Source: an archaeon | GTDB lineage: Archaea > EX4484-52 > WAPT01 | Length of the DNA stretch: 64,000 nt | Direction of reading: 5' to 3' | Assembly (NCBI GenBank): GCA_029258795.1 | Contig: JAPDKB010000007.1 | Location: 32,001-96,000 of the forward strand | Shown here: piece after piece, positions 38,957 through 50,000 of the stretch | Layout: the number at the start of each line of letters is the position of its first letter | Position numbering within the stretch: the first letter of the stretch is position 1 | Notes under the pieces: generated by a model | Databases searched by the model: none | Told to the model about the DNA's origin: nothing | The model's input: only the letters and a program-made list of their open reading frames with translations | Made by a program: the position numbers and the translations under genes

Positions 38957-39690
38957 TGATAAAGAAAAAGGTGAGTGTGATGAGCTCAGATAGTAAAACG
39001 GAAATTGTGTTACCGGGAGATGTTCTGTATAAAGGTAAGAATATGTTACCCGGAAGAGGTACATACCGTTTGGGTGATGAAATCATTGCTAAAGTCGTTG
39101 GACTGAAAGCAATAAAAAACAGAACCGTAAGCGTAATACCTCTTGCCGGAACTTACATTCCAAAAGCAGGAGATTACGTTATTGGAGAGGTTGTGGAGAT
39201 AGGGCTGAACTACTGGCTCATCGATATAAACTCTCCATACCAGGCAGCTCTGCTCATGTTTGACCTGCCGGAGTTTGTGGAGAAAAACACTGATATTTCT
39301 CGCTACTACGACTTCGGAGACATAGTGTTTGCGAAGATAACCAACGTCACCAAAACAAAATACATCAACCTGACAATGAAAGATCCCAAGTGTAAGAAGC
39401 TGATCGGAGGGTTGATAGTGCACATAACTCCAAGTAAAGTTCCGCGACTCATAGGAAAAAAGGGGTCTATGATCAACATGATAAAGAATTTGACCGGCAG
39501 CAAGATTTTGGTCGGACAGAATGGTAGAGTGTGGATAAAGGGTGGAAAAGAAACTCTGGCTGCCGAAGCAATCTACATGATTGATAAGTACTCTCATCAG
39601 AGCGGATTAACCGAGAAGATTGAGGAGTTTCTCAAAAAAGAGTTGGAAAAAGAAGCAAAGGGTGAAATAAATGCCGAAAAAGAAGAGTGA
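38953..39690 (+). CDS. rrp4: exosome RNA-binding subunit Rrp4
   Basis: YIPKAGDYVIG (S1), KVPRLIGKKGSM (KH), GQNGRVW. Confidence 0.95.
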   Translation: MMIKKKVSVMSSDSKTEIVLPGDVLYKGKNMLPGRGTYRLGDEIIAKVVGLKAIKNRTVSVIPLAGTYIPKAGDYVIGEVVEIGLNYWLIDINSPYQAALLMFDLPEFVEKNTDISRYYDFGDIVFAKITNVTKTKYINLTMKDPKCKKLIGGLIVHITPSKVPRLIGKKGSMINMIKNLTGSKILVGQNGRVWIKGGKETLAAEAIYMIDKYSHQSGLTEKIEEFLKKELEKEAKGEINAEKEE

Positions 39691-40429
39691 GGAAAGTAAA
39701 AGTAATAATAAAGGAGCTGTAAGACCTGACGGAAGGAAGGTGGATGAACTCAGGCCTGTTAAGATGGAAGTGGGAGTGATAGAGAGGGCTAACGGCTCTG
39801 CTTATGTTGAGTTTGGCAAGACAAAGGTTGTGGCAGCGGTTTACGGGCCGGAACCCATGCACCCCAGACATCTTGCTGATCCAGAAAAAGCGGTGCTCAT
39901 CTGCCGTTACAACATGCTTCCGTTCTCGGTGGAGGATAGAAAGAAGCCCGGTCCCGACAGGAGAAGTATAGAGATAAGCAAGGTGATCAAGGATGCTCTG
40001 TCAACCATAGTTGCGCTCGAGGAATTTCCCAAATGCATGATAAGCGTTGACATGGTTGTGTTGCAGGCGGACGCCGGTACAAGAGTGGCTGCACTTACCG
40101 CAGCATCTCTTGCCTTGGCCGATGCGGGCATACCCATGAGAGAGATGATGAGTGCCGTGGCTTGTGGAAGAGCCAACGGGAAGATAGTGGTGGACCTCAC
40201 AAAAGAAGAGGAGGATGCGGAGGATGCGGTTGATGTACCCGTAGCGATGTCCTCTTTAACTAAAAAAATAGCGCTTCTCCAGATGGATGGTGATATGACG
40301 CTGGAAGAGTTTGAAGAGATTCTAAACAAGGCGGAAGAGGCATGTTCAAAAATATACGATATGCAAAGAGAAGCTTTGCTGAATAAATATGAGAAAGAAG
40401 GTAAAGAGGTGAACATAAATGATGAGTAG
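39671..40429 (+). CDS. rrp41: exosome catalytic subunit Rrp41
   Basis: RPDGR..DELR, GSAY, YGP, DRRSIE, QADAGTR, DLTKEEED. Confidence 0.95.
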   Translation: MPKKKSEESKSNNKGAVRPDGRKVDELRPVKMEVGVIERANGSAYVEFGKTKVVAAVYGPEPMHPRHLADPEKAVLICRYNMLPFSVEDRKKPGPDRRSIEISKVIKDALSTIVALEEFPKCMISVDMVVLQADAGTRVAALTAASLALADAGIPMREMMSAVACGRANGKIVVDLTKEEEDAEDAVDVPVAMSSLTKKIALLQMDGDMTLEEFEEILNKAEEACSKIYDMQREALLNKYEKEGKEVNINDE

Positions 40430-41228
40430 CAAGCTTACTGCTGAATATGTCAGGAGTTTGATTGAGAGAGGTAAGAGATTGGATGGAAGAAAGCTGGACG
40501 AATTCAGAGAGATTAAAATAAATTATGGTGTGTCGGAAAAAGCTGAAGGAAGTGCCGAGGTCATGATAGGCAACACGAGAGTTGTTGCCGGTGTGAAGAT
40601 GGATATTGGCGAGCCCTATCCCGATATGCCCAACAAAGGTGTGCTTGTGACAAGCGCTGAGTTTCTGGCAATGGCCGCTCCCGAATTCGAGCCGGGTTTG
40701 CCGGGTGAGAATGCCATAGAACTGGCGAGAGTTGTGGATAGAGGTGTAAGGGAGAGCGGAGCCATTGACCTTGAGAAACTTTGTCTGGTGGAGGGCGAAA
40801 AGGTCTGGGTGGTATTCCTTGACATATTCGTGCTGAACCACGATGGCAACCTGATAGATGCTGCAGGTATAGCAGCCATAGCCGCGTTGCTGAATGCAAA
40901 GCTTCCAAAAATTACGGAAGATTACGAGATTGTGAGGGATGAGCTGACTGACCCACTTCCGATCAAAGACATACCGATTCCGATAACAATCAGGAAATAC
41001 GGAGAACATCTGTTGCTGGACACTACTGCACTGGAGGAAGATGTGCTTACAGGTAAGTTCACAGTGACCACCAAAATAAACGGAAACATATGTGCTATGC
41101 AGCTCAGCGATGGAATGAGCATGACGAAGGATGAGGTGTTGCAGGCAGCCAGAATGGCAAGGGATGCTGCCACCAAGATAAGGGAAAAACTGTTCAAAGA
41201 TAAGCTCAAGGAGCTCAAAAAAGCGTAA
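40419..41228 (+). CDS. rrp42: exosome subunit Rrp42
   Basis: RLDGRKLDEFR, ELARVVDRGVRES, DGNLIDA. Confidence 0.95.
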   Translation: MMSSKLTAEYVRSLIERGKRLDGRKLDEFREIKINYGVSEKAEGSAEVMIGNTRVVAGVKMDIGEPYPDMPNKGVLVTSAEFLAMAAPEFEPGLPGENAIELARVVDRGVRESGAIDLEKLCLVEGEKVWVVFLDIFVLNHDGNLIDAAGIAAIAALLNAKLPKITEDYEIVRDELTDPLPIKDIPIPITIRKYGEHLLLDTTALEEDVLTGKFTVTTKINGNICAMQLSDGMSMTKDEVLQAARMARDAATKIREKLFKDKLKELKKA

Positions 41229-41276
41229 CTTTAAAAAAATTTTTCCCGAAAATATGGCTGTTCCGGTGGTGTTCTT

Positions 41277-41600
41277 ATGGCACGCACGAAGAAGATTAAA
41301 TCTGCGGCAAGATTCGGAGCAAGGTACGGTAAGAAGATCAGACACCTTGTTGCAGAGATAGAGTCCTCTTCCCGCGCCAAACATGTTTGCCCTCAATGTA
41401 AAGCCAGGAGGCTTAAAAGAGTCGCCGCGGGAATTTGGGAATGTAGAAAATGTGGCACGAAAGTTGCTGGCGGGGCATATGCCCCCAGCACTACTGCAGG
41501 CAAGATTCTGATGAAGGTTGAAAGGTTGGCCAAAATAAGTGAAGCCGAAAAAGTTAAAGAAGAGCTTGTGGATCTTCTGGAAAAGAAGGCGGAAGAGTAA
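41277..41600 (+). CDS. rpl37ae: 50S ribosomal protein L37Ae with acidic C-terminal extension
   Basis: RFGARYG, CPQC, GIWECRKC, AGGAY. Confidence 0.96.
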   Translation: MARTKKIKSAARFGARYGKKIRHLVAEIESSSRAKHVCPQCKARRLKRVAAGIWECRKCGTKVAGGAYAPSTTAGKILMKVERLAKISEAEKVKEELVDLLEKKAEE

Positions 41601-41621
41601 AGATGGAGATGGTGATAAAAC

Positions 41622-41762
41622 ATGTCCGAATATATCTGTTACAGATGTGGAGCGAGGGTGGAGCTGAATAATGTGAACACTGTTATCGCATGTCCAAATT
41701 GCGCGTGCAAGATATTGATAAAAGCTGTGCCGAACGTCGTTAAACGCGTTTCCTGTGACTGA
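41622..41762 (+). CDS. rpoP: DNA-directed RNA polymerase subunit Rpo12 (P); missed by the ORF track (46 aa)
   Basis: MSEYICYRCGARV...IACPNCACKILIK zinc ribbon; GGTGA SD; canonical position after rpl37ae. Confidence 0.9.
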   Translation: MSEYICYRCGARVELNNVNTVIACPNCACKILIKAVPNVVKRVSCD

Positions 41763-41764
41763 AA

Positions 41765-41998
41765 ATGCTCAGAGCTTTTCTTAAACTGGAAGAAGAAAAT
41801 GAGGAAGAGGCAAAAAGGGTCTATCTTGCAGCTTTTTATGGAGATGTTGTGGAGGATTCCCGTGTTAAGGTCAAACATCTGCAGAAGGGAAAAGAGATAA
41901 TATTCGAAATTGAGGCTAAGGATCCTGTTGCGATGAGGGCTGTGCTTAACAGCATTTTGAGAAACTATAAATTGATTTGCTCCTTAAAAGATGTTTAA
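41765..41998 (+). CDS. pcc1: KEOPS complex subunit Pcc1
   Basis: IEAKDPVAMRAVLNSILR; canonical position. Confidence 0.8.
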   Translation: MLRAFLKLEEENEEEAKRVYLAAFYGDVVEDSRVKVKHLQKGKEIIFEIEAKDPVAMRAVLNSILRNYKLICSLKDV

Positions 41999-42019
41999 CG
42001 GGAGTGGAGGTGAGTTAAA

Positions 42020-42358
42020 ATGGTTGAGAATAGAGAGATGATCGCACAGTTCAACCAGCTTCAGCAGCAACTTCAGCTGATACTGGTGCAGAAGGAGACA
42101 ACATCTGCTCAAATTCAGGAGCTTAAGAATGCTCTTAAAGAAGTGGAGAAAGCAAAGGGAACTGTGTATAAGGCAAGCGGTATGATAATGATAGAAATGA
42201 CGGCTGAGGATGCAAAGAAGGATATAGAGATGGAACTGGAAACACTTGAGTTGAGGATGAAATCGCTTGAAAAGCAGGAGAAAGTTGTGAGAGATAAGCT
42301 CATGGAGTTGCGCGATAAGATTTACAGCTCACAGGCCGGTGGTGGAGCGGCTGGATGA
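42020..42358 (+). CDS. pfdB: prefoldin beta subunit
   Basis: QQQLQ...VYKASGMIMIE...LELRMKSLEKQE. Confidence 0.92.
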   Translation: MVENREMIAQFNQLQQQLQLILVQKETTSAQIQELKNALKEVEKAKGTVYKASGMIMIEMTAEDAKKDIEMELETLELRMKSLEKQEKVVRDKLMELRDKIYSSQAGGGAAG

Positions 42359-42421
42359 AAATAGAGATGATGGATATGTGCAGCCGTTTGATTTAAAATT
42401 CTCCTTCTTTAATTTTTATCC

Positions 42422-43657
42422 ATGCTTTCCGTGCTCAAAAAATTGTTTGGGGATGAAATAACTCTATCTGTTTTTGAATTCATGCTCAAACATGCTGACG
42501 ATCTTATTAGTGTGGATGATATTTCCTCGAAATTCAACATCAAGAAGAATGATGCCAGAAAGGTGTTGGAGAAGCTGGTAAGCATCGGTGTGGTGGAGAA
42601 GAGAGGAGAGGGCTACATTCTTTCCATGGAGCATGAAGTGGTGAGATGGTTGAAAAATGAGGAAGCGGTTCATCACTTCTCCCGTGAAAAAATTTCCAAG
42701 CTCACAGAAATGCTCAAAAAAGCGAGGAAATGCGATATTCTGCTGCACCACAACGCTGATCCAGATGCTGTGGGTAGCGGTGTAGCTCTAGCCATTGGGC
42801 TCAAACAGCTCGGTGTTGAATGCAGGGTTGTTGCGCCTCTCGGGTTGAGTGCTCAGTCAAAAAAGCTTCTTCAGGCTTATCCATACCCCATCGAGGAAGA
42901 TGCCAGCCAGCTTTCAGAAATGGTGATTGTGGTTGATACCGGCTCCTCGGCACAGCTGCCTGCACAAGCGCTGAACAACAAAAAGGTTGTGGTGATTGAT
43001 CACCACACCCCCGGAGATGTTGCCAAGAGTGCTCTTATATCCTTCGTGGATGAAAAATGCAGAGCTACTGCTGTGGTCATATACTACCTGCTGCTCGGCA
43101 TGAATGTGAAAATCACGCGCGAAATAGCCACTTACTTGATCGCGGGCATAGTTGCGGATACGGGTTTTCTCAGAATGTGCAGGAATGAGGAGGTGCATGT
43201 GTTGGACGCGCTCCTCAAAAAAGGTGTGGACCTCCAGCATATAATGAACGTTCTGCACGTGGAGAGGGACTATTCGGAAAGGATTGCCGTGCTAAAGGGT
43301 GTGCGGAGAGTCGAGCTTTATTCTGTGGGGGAAGTTATAGTTGCCATCACGGAGATAGGGAGCTACGAATCCATGGTTGCGCTGTCCTTGCTGAAGCTTG
43401 GCGCTGATGTTGGTGTTGCTGCGAACATTCAGAAAGATGAGATCAGAATTTCGTGCAGGGTGAGGAGCTCCGTTGCCCAACAGATAAATATGCTGGAAAT
43501 TTTCAGCCAGCTTGAAAATCTACTAAATGGAAAGAGTGGCGGGCACATCACAGCCGTTTCATTCAACGGAAAAGCTCCTGAGAACTGGGATAAGGCGAGA
43601 GAACAGATTGTGAAAGCGATATCAGAAAAGCTTGGCAAAAAAGTTAAAAAGATTTGA
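42422..43657 (+). CDS. DHH/DHHA1 phosphoesterase with N-terminal wHTH
   Basis: HHNADPDA, VVDT, IDHH, GIVADTG, GGH; first ~80 aa HTH-like. Confidence 0.88.
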   Translation: MLSVLKKLFGDEITLSVFEFMLKHADDLISVDDISSKFNIKKNDARKVLEKLVSIGVVEKRGEGYILSMEHEVVRWLKNEEAVHHFSREKISKLTEMLKKARKCDILLHHNADPDAVGSGVALAIGLKQLGVECRVVAPLGLSAQSKKLLQAYPYPIEEDASQLSEMVIVVDTGSSAQLPAQALNNKKVVVIDHHTPGDVAKSALISFVDEKCRATAVVIYYLLLGMNVKITREIATYLIAGIVADTGFLRMCRNEEVHVLDALLKKGVDLQHIMNVLHVERDYSERIAVLKGVRRVELYSVGEVIVAITEIGSYESMVALSLLKLGADVGVAANIQKDEIRISCRVRSSVAQQINMLEIFSQLENLLNGKSGGHITAVSFNGKAPENWDKAREQIVKAISEKLGKKVKKI

Positions 43658-43722
43658 ACTGCAGGTATAAACAACTTCATTCTTGAAGTTAAAGCGCGGT
43701 TTCAAATCTCTGTTTTAGGGAG

Positions 43723-43989
43723 GTGATGCACATGGACGCATTACAGGACATAAAAGCCATTCTGAGAGAGCTCGCGGATGATAGAAAGATTCCGAAGAAC
43801 GTGAGGGCTGTTATCGAAGATGCTATAAAGGAGCTGAACAAGGAAGAGCTGCCTGCCAAAACCAGAGTTAATACTGTCATAACCATGCTGGAAGAGGTCA
43901 GCAATGATCCCAACTTGCAGCCCTTCTCAAGAACTGAAATATGGAATGTCGTATCAATGCTGGAGATGATTCAGAAGGATCTGGGATGA
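43723..43989 (+). CDS. UPF0147 family protein
   Basis: D..IPKNVR...LEEVSNDPNL..FSRTEIWNVVSMLE. Confidence 0.88.
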   Translation: MMHMDALQDIKAILRELADDRKIPKNVRAVIEDAIKELNKEELPAKTRVNTVITMLEEVSNDPNLQPFSRTEIWNVVSMLEMIQKDLG

Positions 43990-44015
43990 TCAAAAGCGCT
44001 CCCTGCTTCTTCATT

Positions 44016-47000
44016 TTATTCACTCTTTTTTGTTCGGAACACTGTAATCGCTGCTAAAGTCAGCACAGCCAGCATTTCTATGAAACCGATACCTGGCTGT
44101 TCGGTGGGTGCTTCGCCCGCTTTTGGTGAGACCACAGTATATCCTATTTTCTTGGGCTCGCTCGCTTCATTAAAGACGTTGCTTTTTGCAGTTACGTTGA
44201 AATAATAGCTACCCTCTTCAAGAGGCTTTATGTTCACAAACACAATTCTTCGTGAGTTAGCGTTGATTAAGAAAGTCACACAGTTTCCTGAGGGGCTCAT
44301 TCCTCCATATTCCATCACTTCCACTCTTGCCCCTCTTCCAAACGGATTGTTAACACACACTGTAATGTTATCGGGTACAGGGTTCAAATTGTAGATGATG
44401 AGAGGCACCCTATATGATTCCATGTTTAATGGAATTATTAATCCTGCTGAGATTGTTGGTGCGCCCCCAATACTGGGTGCTCCTTTAACCTCGCTCAAGG
44501 CGGCGCAACTTCTATCCATCAACCTACATACGTGAGAGAAACATTCATCGTTAGAACTGCAAGCACATCCTGAAGCCTTCTTAACCTCAAACGTTCCTTT
44601 AATTTCCCATCTATTTCCTGAACCATCTTTGAGTTTGAGAGTATAACCGTAAGTTCCGTAGTCCTCACATTTAGTAGGAGTTCTGAAAGTGCATTTCTTT
44701 GAGAGTTCGGGTGTGGGGCTGGAAGCTGAGGCGAAGCATGTTGATGTTGTCATGTTGGTGGTCAGCTCCATATATGTACAGCCCGAATCATCATCCTCAC
44801 ACGTTATGGTGAAGTTGATATAGGAGGCGGTAGATGCTATCTCTGGCTCCACCAGCACGCTGCCTGCTGGCTTTTTCTTATCTATGAAAACCTTCACACT
44901 CTTCCAGTCCTCTTTATTGCCAGCATTATCCACACTACGATAGAACAATTCATCAATGCAAACCTCACCATCAGGACATGTGACCTGTATTGTGGCTGAA
45001 CCGCCATCAACACTTTTCACATTGGATTGCCCTTGTGTGGCATAATAATATTCTATCCGATTACATCCTGATCCTGCAAAATCATTGCAGGTGAGTTTGA
45101 ACTCTACATCCTGATTTGTCCAGGTTCCGGGAGTGTAGGAAGATACACGCTGAGTGATGGGTTTTTGTATGTCTTGTTTGAAGGGATTGCTTTCATGGGT
45201 GGTTTCTTTATTTCCCCATTTATCGATGCTGAAATAGCAAATCTTGTTTTGACACACATAGTTGGAACTAGAAGAGCATTTTAAAGTTAAGGTGATAGAT
45301 TGGAGTTGAGAGGATGAATAATCATTGATATTTGTCGGGCACTGCTCCCCAACTTTAACCACCTTATAATATGTTTTATAACAACCCGACCCGGAAAAAT
45401 CTGTGCACTTCAAGGTAACGCTTACATCCTCATTTGTCCAGTCCACACCATTCGGATTAATGGTGGTGGATGGAGGTTGATTATCTATGAATATTTTCTC
45501 GCACTTCTGTGTCCCTTTGTTGCCTGCTTTATCTACAGAATAATAGCATACCGTCCATGTCACCACCTCGCCCTCTGGCGAGGTTAGAGTGAAAGCTCCA
45601 GTGTACTTGGTGGTGGGGTTGCAGGTGGTGGAGGAAGTGGTCTTGCAGTAGTAGGTTGCTGCGCATCCGCTTGCTGCAGGACTATGGTCGTCACAAATTA
45701 ATTTGACTTCAAAGGTGCTAGAGCTCTTCTTAGTTTTACTCAAGTAAGTTGTTGGAGGTGTGTAATCACATCTTATATATCCGTTGGAAGGATTATACCA
45801 CCACCCTCCCACATTACCATTGACATCCTTGCATCTGAGAGCAAATCTAACCGCGTCGTATTGTTGTGCTTTAAATATGTAGGTTGTTCCGGTGCTCCAT
45901 GAAAGATAGTGCCAACTACCACCATAATATATGGCCAGCTGGTAGGGATATGATGCCAGTCCGACATTATCGGTGCATTTCCAGTTGAGACTGTAGGTGC
46001 AGGATTTTGTCCAGCCTGCCACCACATTTTGCATGTATTTTTCCTCCGCACCTATGGAGACCTTCGGTTCTGGGCTTATATATTTTCGAATTCTTATATC
46101 ATCCACCCACAACCATTGAGAATGGTCTCCCATATCACACCAATCACAGCTATAATCCATAACGATCAATCTTATTCTCACGCTCTGACCCTTGTACCGA
46201 GATATATCCTGACTGAAAAATGTCCAGCCAGTAGGTATCTTTGGTGGTGTGTAGAGTGTGCCAGTTTCAGGGTCTTTTCTGTTGGTACATGCACGGAGAG
46301 CACTCCACCCTCTATGACTGCACGCAAGCCAGTAAACGTTATTGTGAGTACCTCCGCCCAGTTCTATGCACGGCTTTGGTCCATAACCATAACCATCCTT
46401 TTCTATGGCGACACCTTTCAGCCAGCTCCAGTAATCTCCACTCACTTTAGCTTTGAATTCTATCTTGAGTTTGGCAGGTGTTGATGGTAATGTAACAGAT
46501 CTTACCAAGCCCGCATCTCCACAGAAACCACTCCACCCAGTGTAAAGATATGCACCGTAAGGAGGTGATGTGTATGCTGATGCCTTAGTTGTGATTGTAG
46601 ACATGGTATCGGTAGTTGTACATACATCGCGAGTATCTGCATCCCCCTTGTTACAATCGGTAACCCTGTTGATGAAGGATGTGAACCCGCTCGAGCTAAA
46701 ATCATCGAAGAAATCAAATACTGCTGCGCCATTACTTTCGCTTGTTGCTGATGGATTACCGTAGTACATGTAGATCAGTGTTTTCTTGTTTGTTCCTGCC
46801 GGGAGCTTCGGCAGTTTGACCCATATTATGGCTTGTGTTGATGTGCATTTTTCTATATAGTAGCTTAACTTCTGTCCACCTTGGTATGTAACGAATCTTA
46901 TATCCGAGCAATCAGACTTCATCTTTCCACTTGAGATTAATGTGGAGGGGTCAAAAACTATTTTTACAGGATAATTTGTGATTTCTTTTGTAGTGGATGA

Positions 47001-50000
47001 AGTTATTGTGATCAGTTTTCTGTATTTCCAGTTAGCGTTCCACCATCCACTACCTGTTGGCACTCCTGCATCAAAATAGACCAAAGTTGGAGGTTGTGTG
47101 TCTGCATATGTTTCAACTATCACCTCACAATTTAAACCCGCACCATCCGGACAGCAACAGCAACCACCACAACTGTTTCGGCTTGAAGTACCGAAGTGAA
47201 GTTTCCAGTAGTCGTGATACTTTGCCGTATAATATCCTCCTCTCACACTACATTTTGGTATGCTAACTACTCTCCATTTCTTCGTGTTGACATATAGCTC
47301 ACCTTCAACTGCAGCACATCTGGCGCATCCGTAACAACAATCAGCATGCTCTGTTGTACCAATGAGCCTGATCTTCCATCGTGTGCCACTTTCCTTTATC
47401 TTGTTCGCATACCATCCTCTGTAACGAGTACAACAATCTCTACCCGGACGATAGTAGCACCAGTACTCACAGCACCCTCTACACGACGGGTCACTCGGAT
47501 TCAAGCGGAAATTGAATGTTTCCGTATAGGTGAACTGACTGTTAAGGGTGGTGCAGTATGTGCTGCCCACACTTCCGTGGGAAGAGGTGAATGGATGTAT
47601 TGGTCCATATCTAGCGGTTGTCCATTTTACACCCACTTCGGAACATGGAGCAGCGTGAGCGGTTGTTGAGTTGAGCGTTACAAATATCGTGGTGAATGCA
47701 AATAGAAGCACCGTTATTTTCAGAATAAAGGGTGGCGGTACATTGTAGGGTTGTGGGGGCAGCACACTTCCACCACTTTCATTCTCACCTTCACTTTTGC
47801 GTTGGGATATGTATTTTATGAGTAGGTAAATTACTACAACGATCAAGAGGATCAATATCAACACCATCCACCATTTCCTTTCTTTGGTCTTTGATTCCTT
47901 TTTTGCCTCTGCCTGCTCTGCAGAAGAAGGTAAGGTTGCTCCTGTCTGCTTTAATGATAAAGTTTCGGTAACTGAAGCCGATTTTAGGGATTCACCACCC
48001 GGATAAATGATATCAACTCTGGCCTCACCGTATTTGTTTGTGTAGGATGGTGCTCTAAATGTCGCTTTAAACTCGCCGTTCTCATCTGTTGTCACATCCA
48101 TAACATGTTGATTTGTCACTCCATCATAAATTTCCAGTTTCAGATTAGGTACTGGAGTTCCTTCGGTGTCTTGAACTTCTCCTTCCAAAGAAATGTAAGT
48201 TCTATTAAGCTCGTCATGCCATATTTTCTTTTCAGTAATTGTAATTGTGATTAGCTTAGTGGCGTTATTACAAAGTTCGGTAGCTTCCGTTTCTAGCTCT
48301 TTTTCCTTAAATCTGGTATAGAATATAACGCTCTTGTGAATAACTTCTCCATCTTTATACCTGCAGTAAACATCCAACTTATTTTCGCCTTCCTTTGGGT
48401 ATATCCATAAGTCGGTGTCATTCGCTAATGTTGAGTTCAGGCCATTGTTGAGAGAGTAAAGGCAGGTTTGTACGCTCCCTGTGTATGCCGCCCTAAATTT
48501 CACCTCCGATGATGTGTAAATGGCAGCATCTTCAGGATACAATATAGTAAGTTCTCTTTTTTCCTCCCATCCACACTTCACTGAATTATTCTCGATTGTT
48601 TTGTACACACATTTGTTAAGAGAGACATTATAATACCCGTCAGAATAGTAAGTTGTGCCTACGCATTTGTCCGGGCATTCGGTAACCGTTGTTTCCTTAG
48701 AAGGTTGAGTGGTTTCCGTGGGGGCGCCTATTTCAACCGTTTCATCTTCTTCCACCCCTGCACATAGAGGTGAAGAGTACACAACCGTTAAATACTCACA
48801 CTCTCCCGTAGTTGAAATGCATATACCATTGGAATAGTAAGTTGTGCCTACGCATTTGTCCGGGCATGTAACGTCCTGGCATGGATCCACCGTTTCATTA
48901 ACGCTTACCGGTGGCTGTGGTGGTGTTTCTGGCTCTGGAGTGCTTTCTTCACATATGTCGGCATTTTCAATGATGGTAAGATACATGCAATCTCCCGTCG
49001 AGGAATCGCATATACCATCGGAATAGTAAGTTGTGCCTACGCATTTGTCCGGGCATGTAACGTCCTGGCATGGATCCACCCATTCTGATTTACAATCATC
49101 AGGACACGTCTCTGAGTTCTCTCCACTTTCACATATGCCATCACCACACACGGGCTGATAAATCTCTAATTCTTCAATGGGTACTGTGGAATCTTGCATC
49201 GTATAAATATCATCATTACCCTCCCTATCTGACCTCCACACCACATAATAAATGTCATTACTTGAATCATAATAGAGGAAGGGATCTTCATCATTTGCTG
49301 TGGAATTTGTTATGTATTTGCTTGATGACCATCCGTTGGTAGATGAATAAAATGAATAATGGATATCACCTTGATGGGAATATATGGCCAGCAAATTGGT
49401 CGAGTTGCTTATCACCATACAGTTGGATACATTATGAGTCACTACCGATCCTCCTGTTTTAAGAGATTCAAGCCTGTCTCCAACCACTACATTGCAAACG
49501 TTATTTTCAATCCACGAGAGTATGTACTTTCCCCCATAATATGTTAAAACAATTCTACTGGTGTCAGAAGAAAATATTCTTACTTCTGTCTCGTTATTCC
49601 AGTCATCTCCATCCGAACTCCAGCTGCATTTCATCGTTCCAACTATACCCATACCCGTAACCTCCGCAAACTCAAGCCAGCACACCACAAAATGTGTTCC
49701 GTTAAAAATCGCTGTGGTACTTGAAATATCTGCATCATTTGATGGGATGTACAACACACTTGCATTTGTCCATCCTTCTTCGGGAGAATAAGTAGCATAA
49801 TGAATCGCTTTTTCATTAAGCATTGAAGTGATGTTTCTATTCACCCACACTACTAGAAACTTGCCATTACCGTAGGTTACAGAAGGAAATTGGTTCAAAG
49901 TCGTGTTAGAAGTGTTAGATATCGTAGCACCATCAAAAGAAAATGATTTTGAATAGTATGCAGCTACAATATCCCATGTTTCCGAATTCTGTTCAACCCA

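Noticed and set aside
40260-41396. 378-aa minus-strand ORF over rrp42/rpl37ae, and similar long antisense ORFs (12947-13618, 24798-25565, 63002-63760)
   Set aside because: Antisense shadows caused by codon bias of the real genes
48643-49080. Repeats considered as a CRISPR array or DGR template/variable repeat
   Set aside because: In-frame coding repeats with long protein-coding spacers, no adenine-specific mismatches, and no cas or reverse transcriptase gene in the window
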